From Octopus vulgaris (taxonomy: Eukaryota), in assembly GCA_951406725.2 (NCBI GenBank), contig OX597836.1:41230001-41294000 (forward strand): a stretch of 64,000 bases of DNA. Direction: 5' to 3'. Below the pieces are notes generated by a model. The model saw only the letters and a list, made by a program, of their open reading frames with translations, ran no database searches and was not told the origin of the DNA. Of this stretch, positions 1 through 12,288 are shown piece after piece; positions within the stretch are counted from its first letter, which is position 1, and each line of letters begins with the position of its first letter. Made by a program: the position numbers and the translations under genes.

Positions 1-169
1 TATATGAGGGGCTTCTTTCACCGTCTACTAAATCCACTCACAAGGCTTTGGTCGGCCTGAGGTTATAGCAGAAGACACTTGTCCAAGATGCCATGCCACG
101 CAGTGGGACTGAACCCAGAACCATGAGGTTGGGAAGTAAGCTTCTTACTACACAGCTACGCCTGCGCCT
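1..169 (-). mobile_element. Same SINE family, 5' half
   Basis: Reverse complement of the family head. Confidence 0.85.
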
Positions 170-384
170 GTAATGACAATAATAATCCTTTTTACTATAA
201 GCACAAAATCTGGGGGAGGCGGATACTTATTTCATCGAACCCGAAAGGATGGAAAGTAAAGCCGACCTCGGCAGAATTTGAACTTAGAACCTAAAGACGG
301 ACCAAACACTTATCCCGGCGTGCTAACGATTCTGCCTGATAGGATTATATATATATATACATACATATATATATATATACACAA

Positions 385-451
<67 letters not shown>

Positions 452-452
452 C

Positions 453-598
<146 letters not shown>

Positions 599-878
599 AT
601 ATATTTATATTTATATATATATAAAAACAATTGCAGCGTAAGGTGTTTGTATATATACTTCAATATTTAAGTTTAATTTGTCAAAATATTTTCGTCTCTA
701 TAAGACCGCCACCTACTGAGATGCAGCACGGATATAACAGGTATATTTTGACAAATTAAACTTAAATATAACGGGTTTTGTGTGTTTCTTAAATGGCTAC
801 AAACACCTTCCTCGCTGCAATTGTTTTCGTTCCAGCACACGATCTCAGATCAAATCACTTGCTATAAGTACATCTCCG

Positions 879-953
<75 letters not shown>

Positions 954-971
954 CATATACAAATATAATCA

Positions 972-1276
972 CATGACATGATCACATGACTGACCAGACT
1001 ATCAGATGTTGCTACGCATCGCTGGTCACAATGCGCTTCGCATTGTTTTAGCCTTCGAATGACGCCACCCCGCTGGCTAAGCGAGTAGGCCAACAGAAGA
1101 AAGAGTGAGAGAAAGTTGCGGCGAAAGAGTGCAGCAGGGATCACCACCACCCTCTGCCGGAGCCTCGTCGAGCTTTAAGTGTTTTTGCTCAATAAAGACT
1201 CAGAATGCCAGGTGTTGGGGTCGAAACCGCAATCCTACGACCGCGAGTCCGCTGCCCTAACCACTGGGCCATTGCG

Positions 1277-1280
<4 letters not shown>
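972..1280 (-). mobile_element. tRNA-Arg-headed SINE (others at 21743-22075 +, 30905-31287 -, 39048-39270 +, each with a different 3' tail)
   Basis: Shared head gcgcaatggcccagtgg..gcagcggactcgc..ggtttcga. Confidence 0.82.
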
Positions 1281-1327
<47 letters not shown>

Positions 1328-1333
1328 CATACA

Positions 1334-2789
1334 CAGGGTGTATCACAACTCGCGCACTATTTTGATTTTCATTAAAAATAATTGACGCAATTTATTTTAT
1401 TTTATTTTTTCTAATTTATTTTAATATATTCAATTTATTTATTTTTTATCTTTCGGATTGAATTTAAGTTTATAATAAACTAATAAACTAAGAGTAGAAG
1501 AAGGAGTTCAAATTGTTTTCATGTTTGAGGTCGAATGTTCGAGTCTCGGGTCACCAATTGTAACAGAATGAGAGGTCCCCGCACTGGATGGGTGCAGCTC
1601 GCATCCTTTACATTAAATATTAATCGAAGGAAAGAGTCAGGAATATTTAACTTCAGCCGTATAAATATTTATTTCTTGATTCGCAATATATATATTTTCT
1701 TCTTTCTGAGTGAATCGGCAGCCTAGGAGCTTCTTGCAGTAGTCAAGTGGAGTGAGCCAAATCCTGTCCGTTCAAGCATAGCGGAGATACACCACAAGGT
1801 AGCAGCTTGAGAGAGCTAATAAAACACGACTGTCTTGTTCAGCTGCCAGCGTTTGAGAGAGCAATACGAGGGAATTTCGCTGCTGCTAGTTTTCTGTGCA
1901 TGCGCATGAGGGAACTTCTGGCAGGCCTCCCGGAAGACTCCAACTCTGCGCATGCGTGCTGGAGATTTCCAAGATGGCGTCGCTACAAGTGCAATGTATT
2001 CTCAAGACTCACAAATTTTATCCGTGCAAAGTGCATCGTGTGCAAGCTCTTCATGGTGAGGACAAAGATAGACGATTGGAATTCTTTGAATGGATTTGCG
2101 CACATAGAGATTCTTCAATATTTGAATGGCCAAGTAAACCGGCACAGTATGCCCTATTGGTCACATAACAAACCACATTGGAACGAGGAGGGACACCATC
2201 AGGACAACCCAAGGATCATGGTCCCCGCTTTGAATCCGGGCGGAGAAAATCATTGGCCCTTACTTTTTAAATGATAATATCACGGGTGAAACCTATTTAG
2301 AGCTCCTGCAGACCTTCTTGTTTGACTACGTTGAGGACGTTCCCATGATTCGACAAAAACCTTCTTTTTCCAGCAGGACGGAGCTCCAGCAAACTTTGCT
2401 AATTGCGTGCGTAACTGCTTAAACCAGACCTTTCTTAACAGATGGATTGGACGGAGAGGTTCCAAGGAGTGGCTACCCCGATCCCCAGATGTTACTCCCC
2501 TTGACTATTTCCTTTGGGGACATCTCAAATATGTGGTGTACAAGAATCATCCACGCACTCTCGGTGATTTGAACGAAGCAAAAACAACGGAGTGGCAAAA
2601 GATCACCCTTTCCACACTCAGGAGTATGAAAGACAGTTTCATAAAGAGAATTGATGCATGTTTTATTGCAGAGGCTGCTCAGTTTGAGCATTAGTTATAA
2701 TTAATTTCAATAAAGTGTTTTAGAAATCAGTAAAGGTGTATTTTTAGAAAAAAAGCCCCAGGATGGTGCGCAACTTCTGGGACACACTG
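1334..2789 (+). mobile_element. Decayed Tc1/mariner DD41D (rosa-type) DNA transposon
   Basis: Degenerate TIRs cagggtgtatcac.. and ..gggacacactg; transposase remnants inside. Confidence 0.8.
1989..2694 (+). pseudogene. DD41D transposase, frameshifted
   Basis: ILKTHKFYP..RRLEF; QQDGAP followed by 41 residues to the D of PRSPDVTPLDYFLWG; ends QFEH. Confidence 0.88.
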
Positions 2790-2813
2790 TATGTATGTAT
2801 ATATATATGTATG

Positions 2814-2864
<51 letters not shown>

Positions 2865-3222
2865 GAAATATTAAAATAACTAAGTCTCTCTAAAAGAGAA
2901 CAGCGGCAGCGTTCCCGGAAAATAATAGTTATCGCCATACTAATATGGCATTCTTATAAAAATAAGAAAAAAGCTGTCCGCTTATTAGCTCCATGAGGCC
3001 ATCGCCTTAAGTTAGCTATTTGATACACAAACTGTATCCATATAACCTTCGAACAAGGGAGGTCAGTCGCTCCACACTACTGGACCGGCAGCTTCTCTTT
3101 TAGTGAGACTTAGTTATTTTAATATTTCTATTATTGAAAACAAGTGGATGTATTCCACCGAAACTAGGTAAATAAAACCATCGAACAGAGATTGTCGGAA
3201 GCGACACCTACTGGCTGGCTAC

Positions 3223-3264
3223 GCTGCATTGAAAAGGGGCAATACCCCGAAACGCGTCTGTAGC
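3223..3264 (+). ncRNA. Minimal type I hammerhead, U3-A8 core variant
   Basis: gctgca-TTGAAAA-gggg caata cccc-GAAA-cgcg-TC-tgtagc. Confidence 0.72.
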
Positions 3265-3585
3265 TGCCGGTCAAGTAGTGTGGAGCGACTGACCTCCCTT
3301 GTTCGAAGGTTATATGGATACAGTTTGTGTATCAAATAGCTAACTTAAGGCGATGGCCTCATGGAGCTAATAAGCGGACAGCTTTTTTCTTATTTTTATA
3401 AGAATGCCATATTAGTATGGCGATAACTATTATTTTCCGGGAACGCTGCCGCTGTTCTCTTTTAGAGAGACTTAGTTATTTTAATATTTCTATTATTGAA
3501 AACAAGTGGATGTATTCCACCGAAACTGAGGTAAATAAAACCATCGAACAGAGATTGTCGGAAGCGACACCTACTGGCTGGCTAC

Positions 3586-3627
3586 GCTGCATTGAAAAGG
3601 GGCAATACCCCGAAACGCGTCTGTAGC
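3586..3627 (+). ncRNA. Minimal type I hammerhead, U3-A8 core variant (second copy; third copy at 3948-3987 is damaged)
   Basis: Identical to 3223-3264. Confidence 0.72.
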
Positions 3628-3993
3628 TGCCGGTCAAGTAGTGTGGAGCGACTGACCTCCCTTGTTCGAAGGTTATATGGATACAGTTTGTGTATCAAAT
3701 AGCTAACTTAAGGCGATGGCCTCATGGAGCTAATAAGCGGACAGCTTTTTTCTTATTTTTATAAGAATGCCATATTAGTATGGCGATAACTATTATTTTC
3801 CGGGAACGCTGCCGCTGTTCTCTTTTAGAGAGACTTAGTTATTTTAATATTTCTATTATTGAAAACAAGTGGATGTATTCCACCGAAACTAGGTAAATAA
3901 AACCATCGAACAGAGATTGTCGGAAGCGACACCTACTGGCTGGCTACGCTGCTATAAAAGGGCAATACCCCGAAACGCGTCTGTAGCTGCCGG

Positions 3994-4043
<50 letters not shown>

Positions 4044-4045
<2 letters not shown>

Positions 4046-4600
4046 CAATGATAAATCTAGGAGCGAGTTATAAACAGTAGCGGTAACACATCGTGACGCA
4101 TATTTGCCATTTGAATATGGCTAACCTCTAAGGGTGGATGCTACTGTAGTTTGTAGCCCCAGGAAGATATCTCCTCCAGCTGGCTATAGACACACTATCT
4201 GTGTCCTCTCAGTATTTGTGAAGGGGAGTCATCCTCTTCGTCTTCAACTCATGATACACACGGACCCGAGTTTCAAGGTGTTTACCTTTCATCAGCGTGT
4301 GACAATCATGGTTGTCGACGAGAAGTCAGCTCCCTTCACAAGTCCGTGTGTATCATGAGTTGAAGACGGGGAGGATGACTCCCCTTCACAAATAAGGCCG
4401 CAAAAGCTGCTCGCGACATTTGTGATTCTTCAGTGATTCTTCGCGACATCTGAGATTCTTTGGGGGTGGTTATCGACAGCTCGACCAACACACCAATTCA
4501 ACCACATGTTTGCAAACACCGGGAACCCTCTTAACTCAAAAACTCTTGTCGCTTTGTTAGGGACTGGCTTGAACTCCTTTAAGAACTTTGATAAATCTCA
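4044..4600 (-). mobile_element. Penelope pLTR-like remnant with hammerhead and internal inverted repeat
   Basis: Contains the 4257 hammerhead; 4212-4265 is inverted at 4342-4394; shares aatatggctaacc..ctccagctggctata with 38204-38695. Confidence 0.6.
4257..4301 (-). ncRNA. Canonical minimal type I hammerhead
   Basis: Minus strand cacacg-CTGATGA-aaggt aaac acctt-GAAA-c-tcgg-g-TC-cgtgtg. Confidence 0.88.
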
Positions 4601-4655
4601 AAGAAACACGCCCACACACGAGTGCGCGCACCTACAGTTTTTACCTGAGATCATA

Positions 4656-4697
<42 letters not shown>

Positions 4698-4852
4698 TTT
4701 ACACTCACATGCATGCACTTACACATATATATGTACACACACACACACATATATATACGCATAAATACATAAATACATGCACACACACACACATATATTA
4801 TAGATCGGTACATATATATATTCATGCATATAAACATACATGTGTGCACTCA

Positions 4853-4891
<39 letters not shown>

Positions 4892-5080
4892 TATATACAT
4901 ATACACATACCTACATATGTGTAGATATATATATGTGTGTACGTGTATGTGTGTACGTGTATGTGTGTATATGTATGCGTATGTGCGTGTATATATATAT
5001 ATAGATATATATATGCGTGTGTATATCTGTGTCTACTGCGTGAAACGCTGCCATATTGTGTGGAATGTCAGCAACGATTA

Positions 5081-5152
<72 letters not shown>

Positions 5153-5414
5153 TATGTGTGGGTATCGGTGGTGGAGGGTAGAGTGTTAACGACAGATTTA
5201 TTGCCAAGCTATTAGAACTACAAGACTGAAGCGCCAGAGTAGTTATAGTTAATCCAGGGGGATTAATCCCAGATTAGCAGCGGAACAACGTTCGAGTAAT
5301 TTGCTCGAAGATTTCATCTGTATATCACCGATATCTTATTCTAGAGACAGCATTCTTCGGTCTGATGTAACTGGTTACTATTACACCCCACCCGGGCATG
5401 TATGTATGGGTAGG

Positions 5415-5596
<182 letters not shown>

Positions 5597-5783
5597 CATA
5601 TATATACATACATATATATATATACATATATATATATGTGTGTATATATATATATAAACACTCATATGTATATATATGTGCACAAACACACATATGTATA
5701 TACACATACATACATAAAATACATGCATACATATTTATATATATATATGTATATATACATATTTATATATATGTATATATATA

Positions 5784-5840
<57 letters not shown>

Positions 5841-5890
5841 TTATATATATGTATATACATATGCATATACATACATACATACATACATAC

Positions 5891-5921
<31 letters not shown>

Positions 5922-6029
5922 TGTTTACAGTCCTCTCAAAACATTTACCTTATCAAACAAATACGTTTGTATGTTTGCCATAATAGCATGTCACGAGATA
6001 CAACAACAACAACAACAACAACACTAATA

Positions 6030-6242
6030 ACAATCCTCTCTACTATAGGCACAAGGGCTGAAATTGTGTGGGAAGGGACCAGTCGATCATATCGACTCCA
6101 GTGTTTCACTGGTACTTAATTTATCGGCCCCGAAAGGATGAAAGGCAAAGTCGACCTCGGTGGAATTTGAACTCAGAACGTAGCGAAGGGCAAAATACTG
6201 CTAAGCATTTCGTCCAGCGGGCTAACGTTTCTGCCAGCTCGC
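6030..6242 (-). mobile_element. Nin/Deu-domain-like tRNA SINE (others near 185-340, 18005-18310, 20665-21005, 21455-21620, 34575-35005, 48455-48655, 55812-55950)
   Basis: Core gtcgactttgcctttcatcctttcggggtcgataaattaagtaccag. Confidence 0.78.
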
Positions 6243-6250
6243 TGCTGTAC

Positions 6251-6321
<71 letters not shown>

Positions 6322-6348
6322 TAATAATAACAACAACAACAATAATAA

Positions 6349-6880
6349 ATGCCCTGATGCAGTACCAAACAGTGGCTCTCATGGCTTCTGATCTTAACTG
6401 ACTGGAAGTGTTATCATGTACAGCAAATATTCTACTCAATACCACAGATTTGCTAGTCAGTTGCTTGACCTTAACCAGTTGAGCATGTCCCTCAGTGGCT
6501 GACGATATGTGCATATCTGATCACGAGCAGAAGTAGTGGGGGAGCATCATAGCCATGTGTTGAGAGGAATTCTTTGGGGCTTGAATAATTCACCTCTGGA
6601 AACATGGGTGTTTCATTGAACATCCTTAAACAACCCTCAATCAGGGACCTTTGGAGCCGGATGGGTTACCCGACCAGAAGAAAATTCTAACTGGGCCCCA
6701 CCCGCAAGGTCATGCGCTATTTATCTTGTTATGAGATCACCATGTCGCTCACATATGATTGTGATGCATGTGCCTGGTGTACCCTTATCAGACGGGTAGT
6801 CATGATGGGTATACTGGGCTTCGTATATTTTACCCCAGCGTCACTTTGATGGCATGCACTGCTCTCTCACTCAATAACAA
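6349..6880. mobile_element. Non-coding interspersed element embedded in (TAA)n, class uncertain
   Basis: Complex 530 bp block between TAA tracts, directly upstream of the Dong/R4 fragment. Confidence 0.4.
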
Positions 6881-6884
6881 TAAT

Positions 6885-8110
6885 AAAATTCCTAACTTCT
6901 GGTTAAATGCCTTCCCAGAGAGTCATGAACTGCTAACAAAACCTTGCAACTATGTTTTGCAACAACCTAGTATGATTCCCTCTTGGTTAGTCAATGGTGT
7001 TACATTTTTACTTCTAAAAATGAAGTAACAAATGAACCAAAAAATTATAGACCCATAATCTGCTTAACAACAATGTATAAAATACTAACATCTGTCTTGA
7101 CTGAATATACCTATAGTTTTGTTTTAATAGAAAGTGGCATATCCCTTTATGAGCAAAAAGGATGTAAACGTGGATCCTATGGTTGTAAAGATCAGCTACT
7201 CATCAATAAGATGATCTTGGAAGATTGTCACAAACGACACAAAAACTTGTCGATAGCCTGGATAGACTATAAAAAAGCTTTTGATAGTCTACCACATAGC
7301 TGGATTAAGAAATGTCTGGAAATGTATAGAATAGCACCTACTCTGAGAAGCTTCTTGTCTGTAAGTATGAGATTATGGAGAACCACACTGACTTTGAACA
7401 GTGACAATGAATCTCTGAATGCTGGAGATGTAAGAATTTCATGTGGCATTTTCCAGGGTGACTCTCTATCACCACTCCTCTTTTGTCTAGCTTTAATGCC
7501 TCTCTCGAAATTGCTCGATGATGTACAATACGACTATAAAATATTTGATAAAAATATAAATCATCTCATTTATATGGATGATTTAAAGCTCTTTGCAAAA
7601 AATGACCAACAACTACAGGGCTTACTAGCGACTGTTAAACAATTCGGTGATGACATTAGGATGCAATTTTGCTTCGGTAAACGTGCAAAAGCTACCTTTG
7701 TGGAGGGACATGGCCTAGTGGTTAGAGCAGCGGACTCGCGGTCGAGGGATCGCAGGTTCGAATCTCAGACCCGACGATGTGTGTGTTTATGAGCGAAAAA
7801 CCTAAGCTCCACGCGGCTCCGGTAGAAGGTAATGGCGAAACTTCTGCTGACTCTTTCGCCACGACTTTCTCTCATTCTTTCCTCCTGCATCTTGCAGCTC
7901 ACCTGCGACGGACCAGTGTCCCGTCCAGGTGGGGAACCTATTATACGCCAAGGAAACCGGGAAACCAGCCCTTATGAGCCAGGCATGGCTCGAGAAGGAA
8001 CAAACAACAAAAGCTAACCTTTGTCAAAGGAAAAATGGCAGAAACATCCAACGTTAATCTTGACCAGCAGAATGTCCATAAAGCAGTTAGAGCCAGCGGA
8101 GAGCTTGCAA
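6885..8110 (+). pseudogene. Dong/R4-type non-LTR retrotransposon RT fragment, interrupted by a SINE
   Basis: NYRPI.CL, EQKGC..GCKDQLLI, WIDYKKAFDS, GIFQGDSLSPLLF, YMDDLKL; reading continues after the SINE. Confidence 0.88.
7702..8009 (+). mobile_element. tRNA-Arg-headed SINE (cf. octopus OR families) with target-site duplication
   Basis: A box tggcctagtgg, TCG anticodon loop, B box ggttcgaatct; flanked by aaagcta(a)cctttgt. Confidence 0.85.
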
Positions 8111-8362
8111 TCACTGGCACTAATCAGAAATCAGTCCCATCTTTCCTTTCGCGGATTTTCGTTGCCTTTTCTTCTGAAACCCCGTGAGAAACAACACCCT
8201 CTTGCAACTTGGTACCCATTCTTAATGCAACGACGCTGCTGTATTGCTGCGTTAGCGCATCATGGAAACATTTCCAACTCTCATTCTTTTCGTAATCAAC
8301 TAAAATCGCTTTTTGTTCAAGTTTTCAACTTGCTGTTGCATGCTATTGAAATAATTCAAAAT

Positions 8363-8663
8363 AGGCGTAGGAATGGCTATGTGGCAAGTAGCTCGCTCAC
8401 GAACCACATGGTTCCGGGTTCAGTCCCACTGTGTGGCACCTTGGTCAAGTGTCTTCTACTATAGCCTCGAGCCGACCAAAGCCTTGTGAGTGGATTTGGT
8501 AAACGGAAACTGAAAGAATCCCGTCGTATATATGCATTGTCTTCTCTTCCGCTCGAAACGTTAAACCCTCCTTCTTTCCTTCTTTCCTGACCGTCCAATA
8601 ATACTATATTTGTTCCACGTCCTCGCATTGTTGTGTTTTCTCTTTGTGTTTTCATGTTTGGAT

Positions 8664-8734
<71 letters not shown>

Positions 8735-8916
8735 TGGGACAAGAACGCAAAACATTTAGGAGACGATACAAAAAACACGGACGGGACATTCGAAGCCTTC
8801 AATCTTCAGTCAAGAACCGATCATCTTCACAATTTCGGCTGATTAATCTTGACATTGCTCCAATCTGGCCAGCCCCAAGGAAAAACTAAGCTAAGCGCAT
8901 TAGATTGCTTGGAATC

Positions 8917-8983
<67 letters not shown>

Positions 8984-9190
8984 GTGTATCTGTGCTTGCC
9001 CCCCCCCCAACATCGCTTGACAATCGATGCTGGAGTGTTTAGGTCCCCGTAACTTAGCGGTTCGGCAAAAGGGACCGATAGAATAAAAAATACAGGCTTA
9101 CCAAAAAATAAATCCTGGGCCGATAAAGTCGGTGCTCCAGCATGACCACAGTCACATGACTGAAACAGGTGAAAAAGAGTAAAAGAGACT
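8363..9190 (+). mobile_element. Same SINE family, with nested inserts in the central microsatellite
   Basis: Head 8363-8530, tail 8970-9190. Confidence 0.85.
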
Positions 9191-9235
9191 GTTTACGGAC
9201 GTCCTCACATACTCCTTACCAGGAAAGCATTGCAT

Positions 9236-9463
9236 ACTCTCTTTTACTCTTTTTACTCTTTTACTTGTTTCAGTCGTTTGACTGCGGCCATGCTGGAGCA
9301 CCGCCTTTTTAGTCGAGCAAATCTACCCCGGGACTTATTCTTTGTTAAGCCTAGTACTTATTCTATCTTTTGCCGAACCGCTAAGTGACGGCGACGTAAA
9401 CACACCAGCATCGGTTGTCAAGCAATGCTAGGGAGACAAATACAGACACACAAACACACACAC

Positions 9464-9546
<83 letters not shown>

Positions 9547-9692
9547 GATTCCAAGGAATCTAATGCGCTTAGCTTAGTTTTTCCTTGGGGCTGGCCAGAT
9601 TGGAGCAATGTCAAGATTAATCAGCCGAAATTGTGAAGATGATCGGTTCTTGACTGAAGATTGAAGGCTTCGAATGTCCCGTCCGTGTTTTT

Positions 9693-9734
<42 letters not shown>

Positions 9735-9910
9735 TACGACAGGCTTCTTTCAGTTTCCGTCTACCAAATCCACTCACAAGGCATTGGTCGGCCCGAGGCT
9801 ATAGTAGAAGACACTTGCCCAAGGTACCACGCAGTGGGACTGAACCCGGAACCATGTGGTTGGTTAGCAAGCTACTTACCACACAGCCACACAGCCACTC
9901 CTGCGCCTAT
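9236..9910 (-). mobile_element. Same SINE family, with nested insert
   Basis: Tail 9236-9470, head 9733-9910. Confidence 0.85.
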
Positions 9911-10174
9911 ATAATATCCGTGTTAGTTTTACTAGTTTTGTTGGTTTAATCAGATAACTCTTCAGGCTGATGTCGATGTTGTGTCCTTTTCTCATTTGTG
10001 TTCGCTTGTTACTCAACCTGGACATAGCTGACGTGAATTTCTCTTCCATAACACCTGCAGCGTAAGGTGATGACGTGTTGACCCTTTTGTTGAAGGACAA
10101 ACTGGTAGGGGAAATTCTTTTCACGTCAAAAGATTTATGGGGTTAGTCATAAGCGGGAGTGGAGAAGTTACCTA

Positions 10175-10371
10175 TACATACATACATACGTACATACATG
10201 CATGCATACTTATATACATACATACATACATGCATACATACATACATACATACATACATACATACATACATACACATACATGCATGCATGCATATATACA
10301 TACATACATACATACATAACATACATACATACATACATACGTACATATATGCATGCATACATACATGCATG

Positions 10372-10403
<32 letters not shown>

Positions 10404-10832
10404 CATACATACATACATAAATACATACATAAATACATACATACATACATACATATATACATACATACATACATACATACATACATACATACATACATAC
10501 ATACGTACATACATGCATGCATACATACATACAGTCATACATACATACATACATACATACATACATACATACATACATACATACATACATACATACATAC
10601 ATGCATACATATATAATACTTACATACATATATACATACATACTTATATACATACATATACATACATGCATACATACATACATACATACATACATACATA
10701 CATACATACATACATACATAAATACATACATAAATACATACATATATACATGCATTTATACATACATACATACATACATACATACATACATACATACATG
10801 CATACATACATACATACATACATACATACATA
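10175..10832. repeat. (TACA)n microsatellite; a larger degenerate one lies at 41000-42490
   Basis: Direct reading. Confidence 0.95.
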
Positions 10833-10898
10833 ACACCACTTGTATTTCGGTTGGCCTTGTATTTAATTTGGATTCTATCTGAACAATGCGGTTGATTC

Positions 10899-10992
10899 CA
10901 CCCTGAAGACTTGGCAACTAACAACAAGTGCACATAACGATGCAAATTTTGCAGTGTGCATTAGTTAATTGCTACAGAAACGTGTAAAGGTG
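10899..10992 (+). ncRNA. Degenerate hammerhead-like motif
   Basis: cacc-CTGAAGA-cttggcaa...ttgctaca-GAAA-cgtg-TA-aaggtg; stem I offset by 2 nt. Confidence 0.4.
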
Positions 10993-11314
10993 AGGAAACG
11001 AAATAAAGTAATTAACTGGTGAATGAAACTGAATATAATTTTCTGTTCTCTATTGTAAATTCATTATATATATATAACACGAAGAAAAGGGAGAGTGTGA
11101 ATACAGAAGAATCAATTTATTTACATAATAGTCAATTTCATGTCGCCTACACACGTTTCAATTCCCACCTTCATTCCTTATTTACAATTAAAATTGCATA
11201 ATCAGTTTAAAAGGTTGAAAAATCTCCCCATTCATTGGGATGTAAATGAATATATATGAATAATATCAGTTTTGCTCTGTAGAGATTTTTCCCTTTTTAA
11301 TATATATATATATA

Positions 11315-11702
11315 GGCGCAGGAGTGGCTGTGTGGTAAGTAGCTTGCTAAACAGCCACATGGTTCCGGGTTCAGTCCCACTGCGTGGCACCTTGGGCAAG
11401 TGTCTTCTGCTATAGCCCCAGGCCGACCAATGCCTTGTGAGTGGATTTGGTAGACGGAAACTGAAAGAAGCCTGTCGTATATATGTATATATATATGTAT
11501 GTGTGTGTGTTTGTGTGTCTGTGTTTTTCCCCCTAGCATTGCTTGACAACCGATGCTGGTGTGTTTACGTCCCCGTAACTTAGCGGTTCGGCAAAAGAGA
11601 CCGATAGAATAAGTACTAGGCTTACAAAGAATAAGTCCTGGGGTCGATTTGCTCGATTAAGGCGGTGCTCCAGCATGGCCATATTCAAATGACTGAAACA
11701 AT
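11315..11702 (+). mobile_element. tRNA-derived SINE with central TA/TG microsatellite (representative of the most abundant family)
   Basis: Head ggcgcaggagtggctgtgtgg..ggttcagtccc, tail ggtgctccagcatggcc..tgactgaaac. Confidence 0.9.
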
Positions 11703-11950
11703 TAAAATTGCATAATCAGTTTACAAGGTTAAAAATCTCCCCTTCCATTGGAATGTAAATGAATATATATGAATAATATCAGTTTTGCCCTGTAGAGATT
11801 TTTCCCTTTTAAATATATATATATACAATGCAATTTTAATTGTAAAATATGAATAAAGATAGGAATTGAAACGTGCGTAGGCGACATAAAATTAACTATT
11901 ATATAAATAAATTGATTTTTCTGTTTTCACACTCTCCATTTTTCTTTATG

Positions 11951-12288
11951 CAGCGTGGAAGGTGTTTATAAGCCATTTAAGAAACACACAGAAACCGTTA
12001 GATTCACTTCAACAATTAAATTTAATTTTACAAAATATTTTCGTCGCTTTGAGACCGCGACATGTTCACTGACGAAACTTCGTACTGCATCTCTGAAGTT
12101 TTGTCAGTGAGCAGGTCGCGGTCTGAAAGCGACGAAAATATTTTGACAAATTAAATTTAAATGTTGAAGTGAATCTAACATTTTTTTGTGTGTTTCTTAA
12201 ATGGCTTATAAACACCTTCCACGTTGCAATTGTTTTCGTTCCAGCACACGATCTCAGATCAGGTCACTTGCTATTCAAGTACATCTCC
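11951..12288. mobile_element. Palindromic non-coding element with two G3-C8 hammerhead-like motifs
   Basis: ~130 bp inverted arms centred near 12087; flanked by direct repeat ctccatttt(t)ctttatg; decayed relative at 630-879. Confidence 0.7.
12100..12150 (+). ncRNA. Type I hammerhead-like motif, G3-C8 core variant
   Basis: tttgtca-GTGAGCA-g-gtcgc..gcgac-GAAA-atat-TT-tgacaaa; the minus-strand copy near 12025-12075 has GTGAACA. Confidence 0.62.

Larger units (their letters stand above)
2858..3996 (+). mobile_element. Non-coding tandem array (360-363 bp unit, ~2.5 copies) with an inverted partial copy at the left; retrozyme or Penelope pLTR-like
   Basis: gaaacgcgtctgtagc recurs at 3249, 3612 and 3972; 2858-3093 is the reverse complement of part of the unit; (TA)n on both flanks. 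Confidence 0.8.

Noticed and set aside
9590-9690. Hammerhead in the TA-embedded family at 8731, 9547 and 15717 (has CTGAAGA and GAAA)
   Set aside because: The words cannot be arranged into a valid type I, II or III fold.
9925-9972. Minus-strand CTGAAGA..AAAACTAGTA motif
   Set aside because: G12 missing and no stem I; at best a relic.
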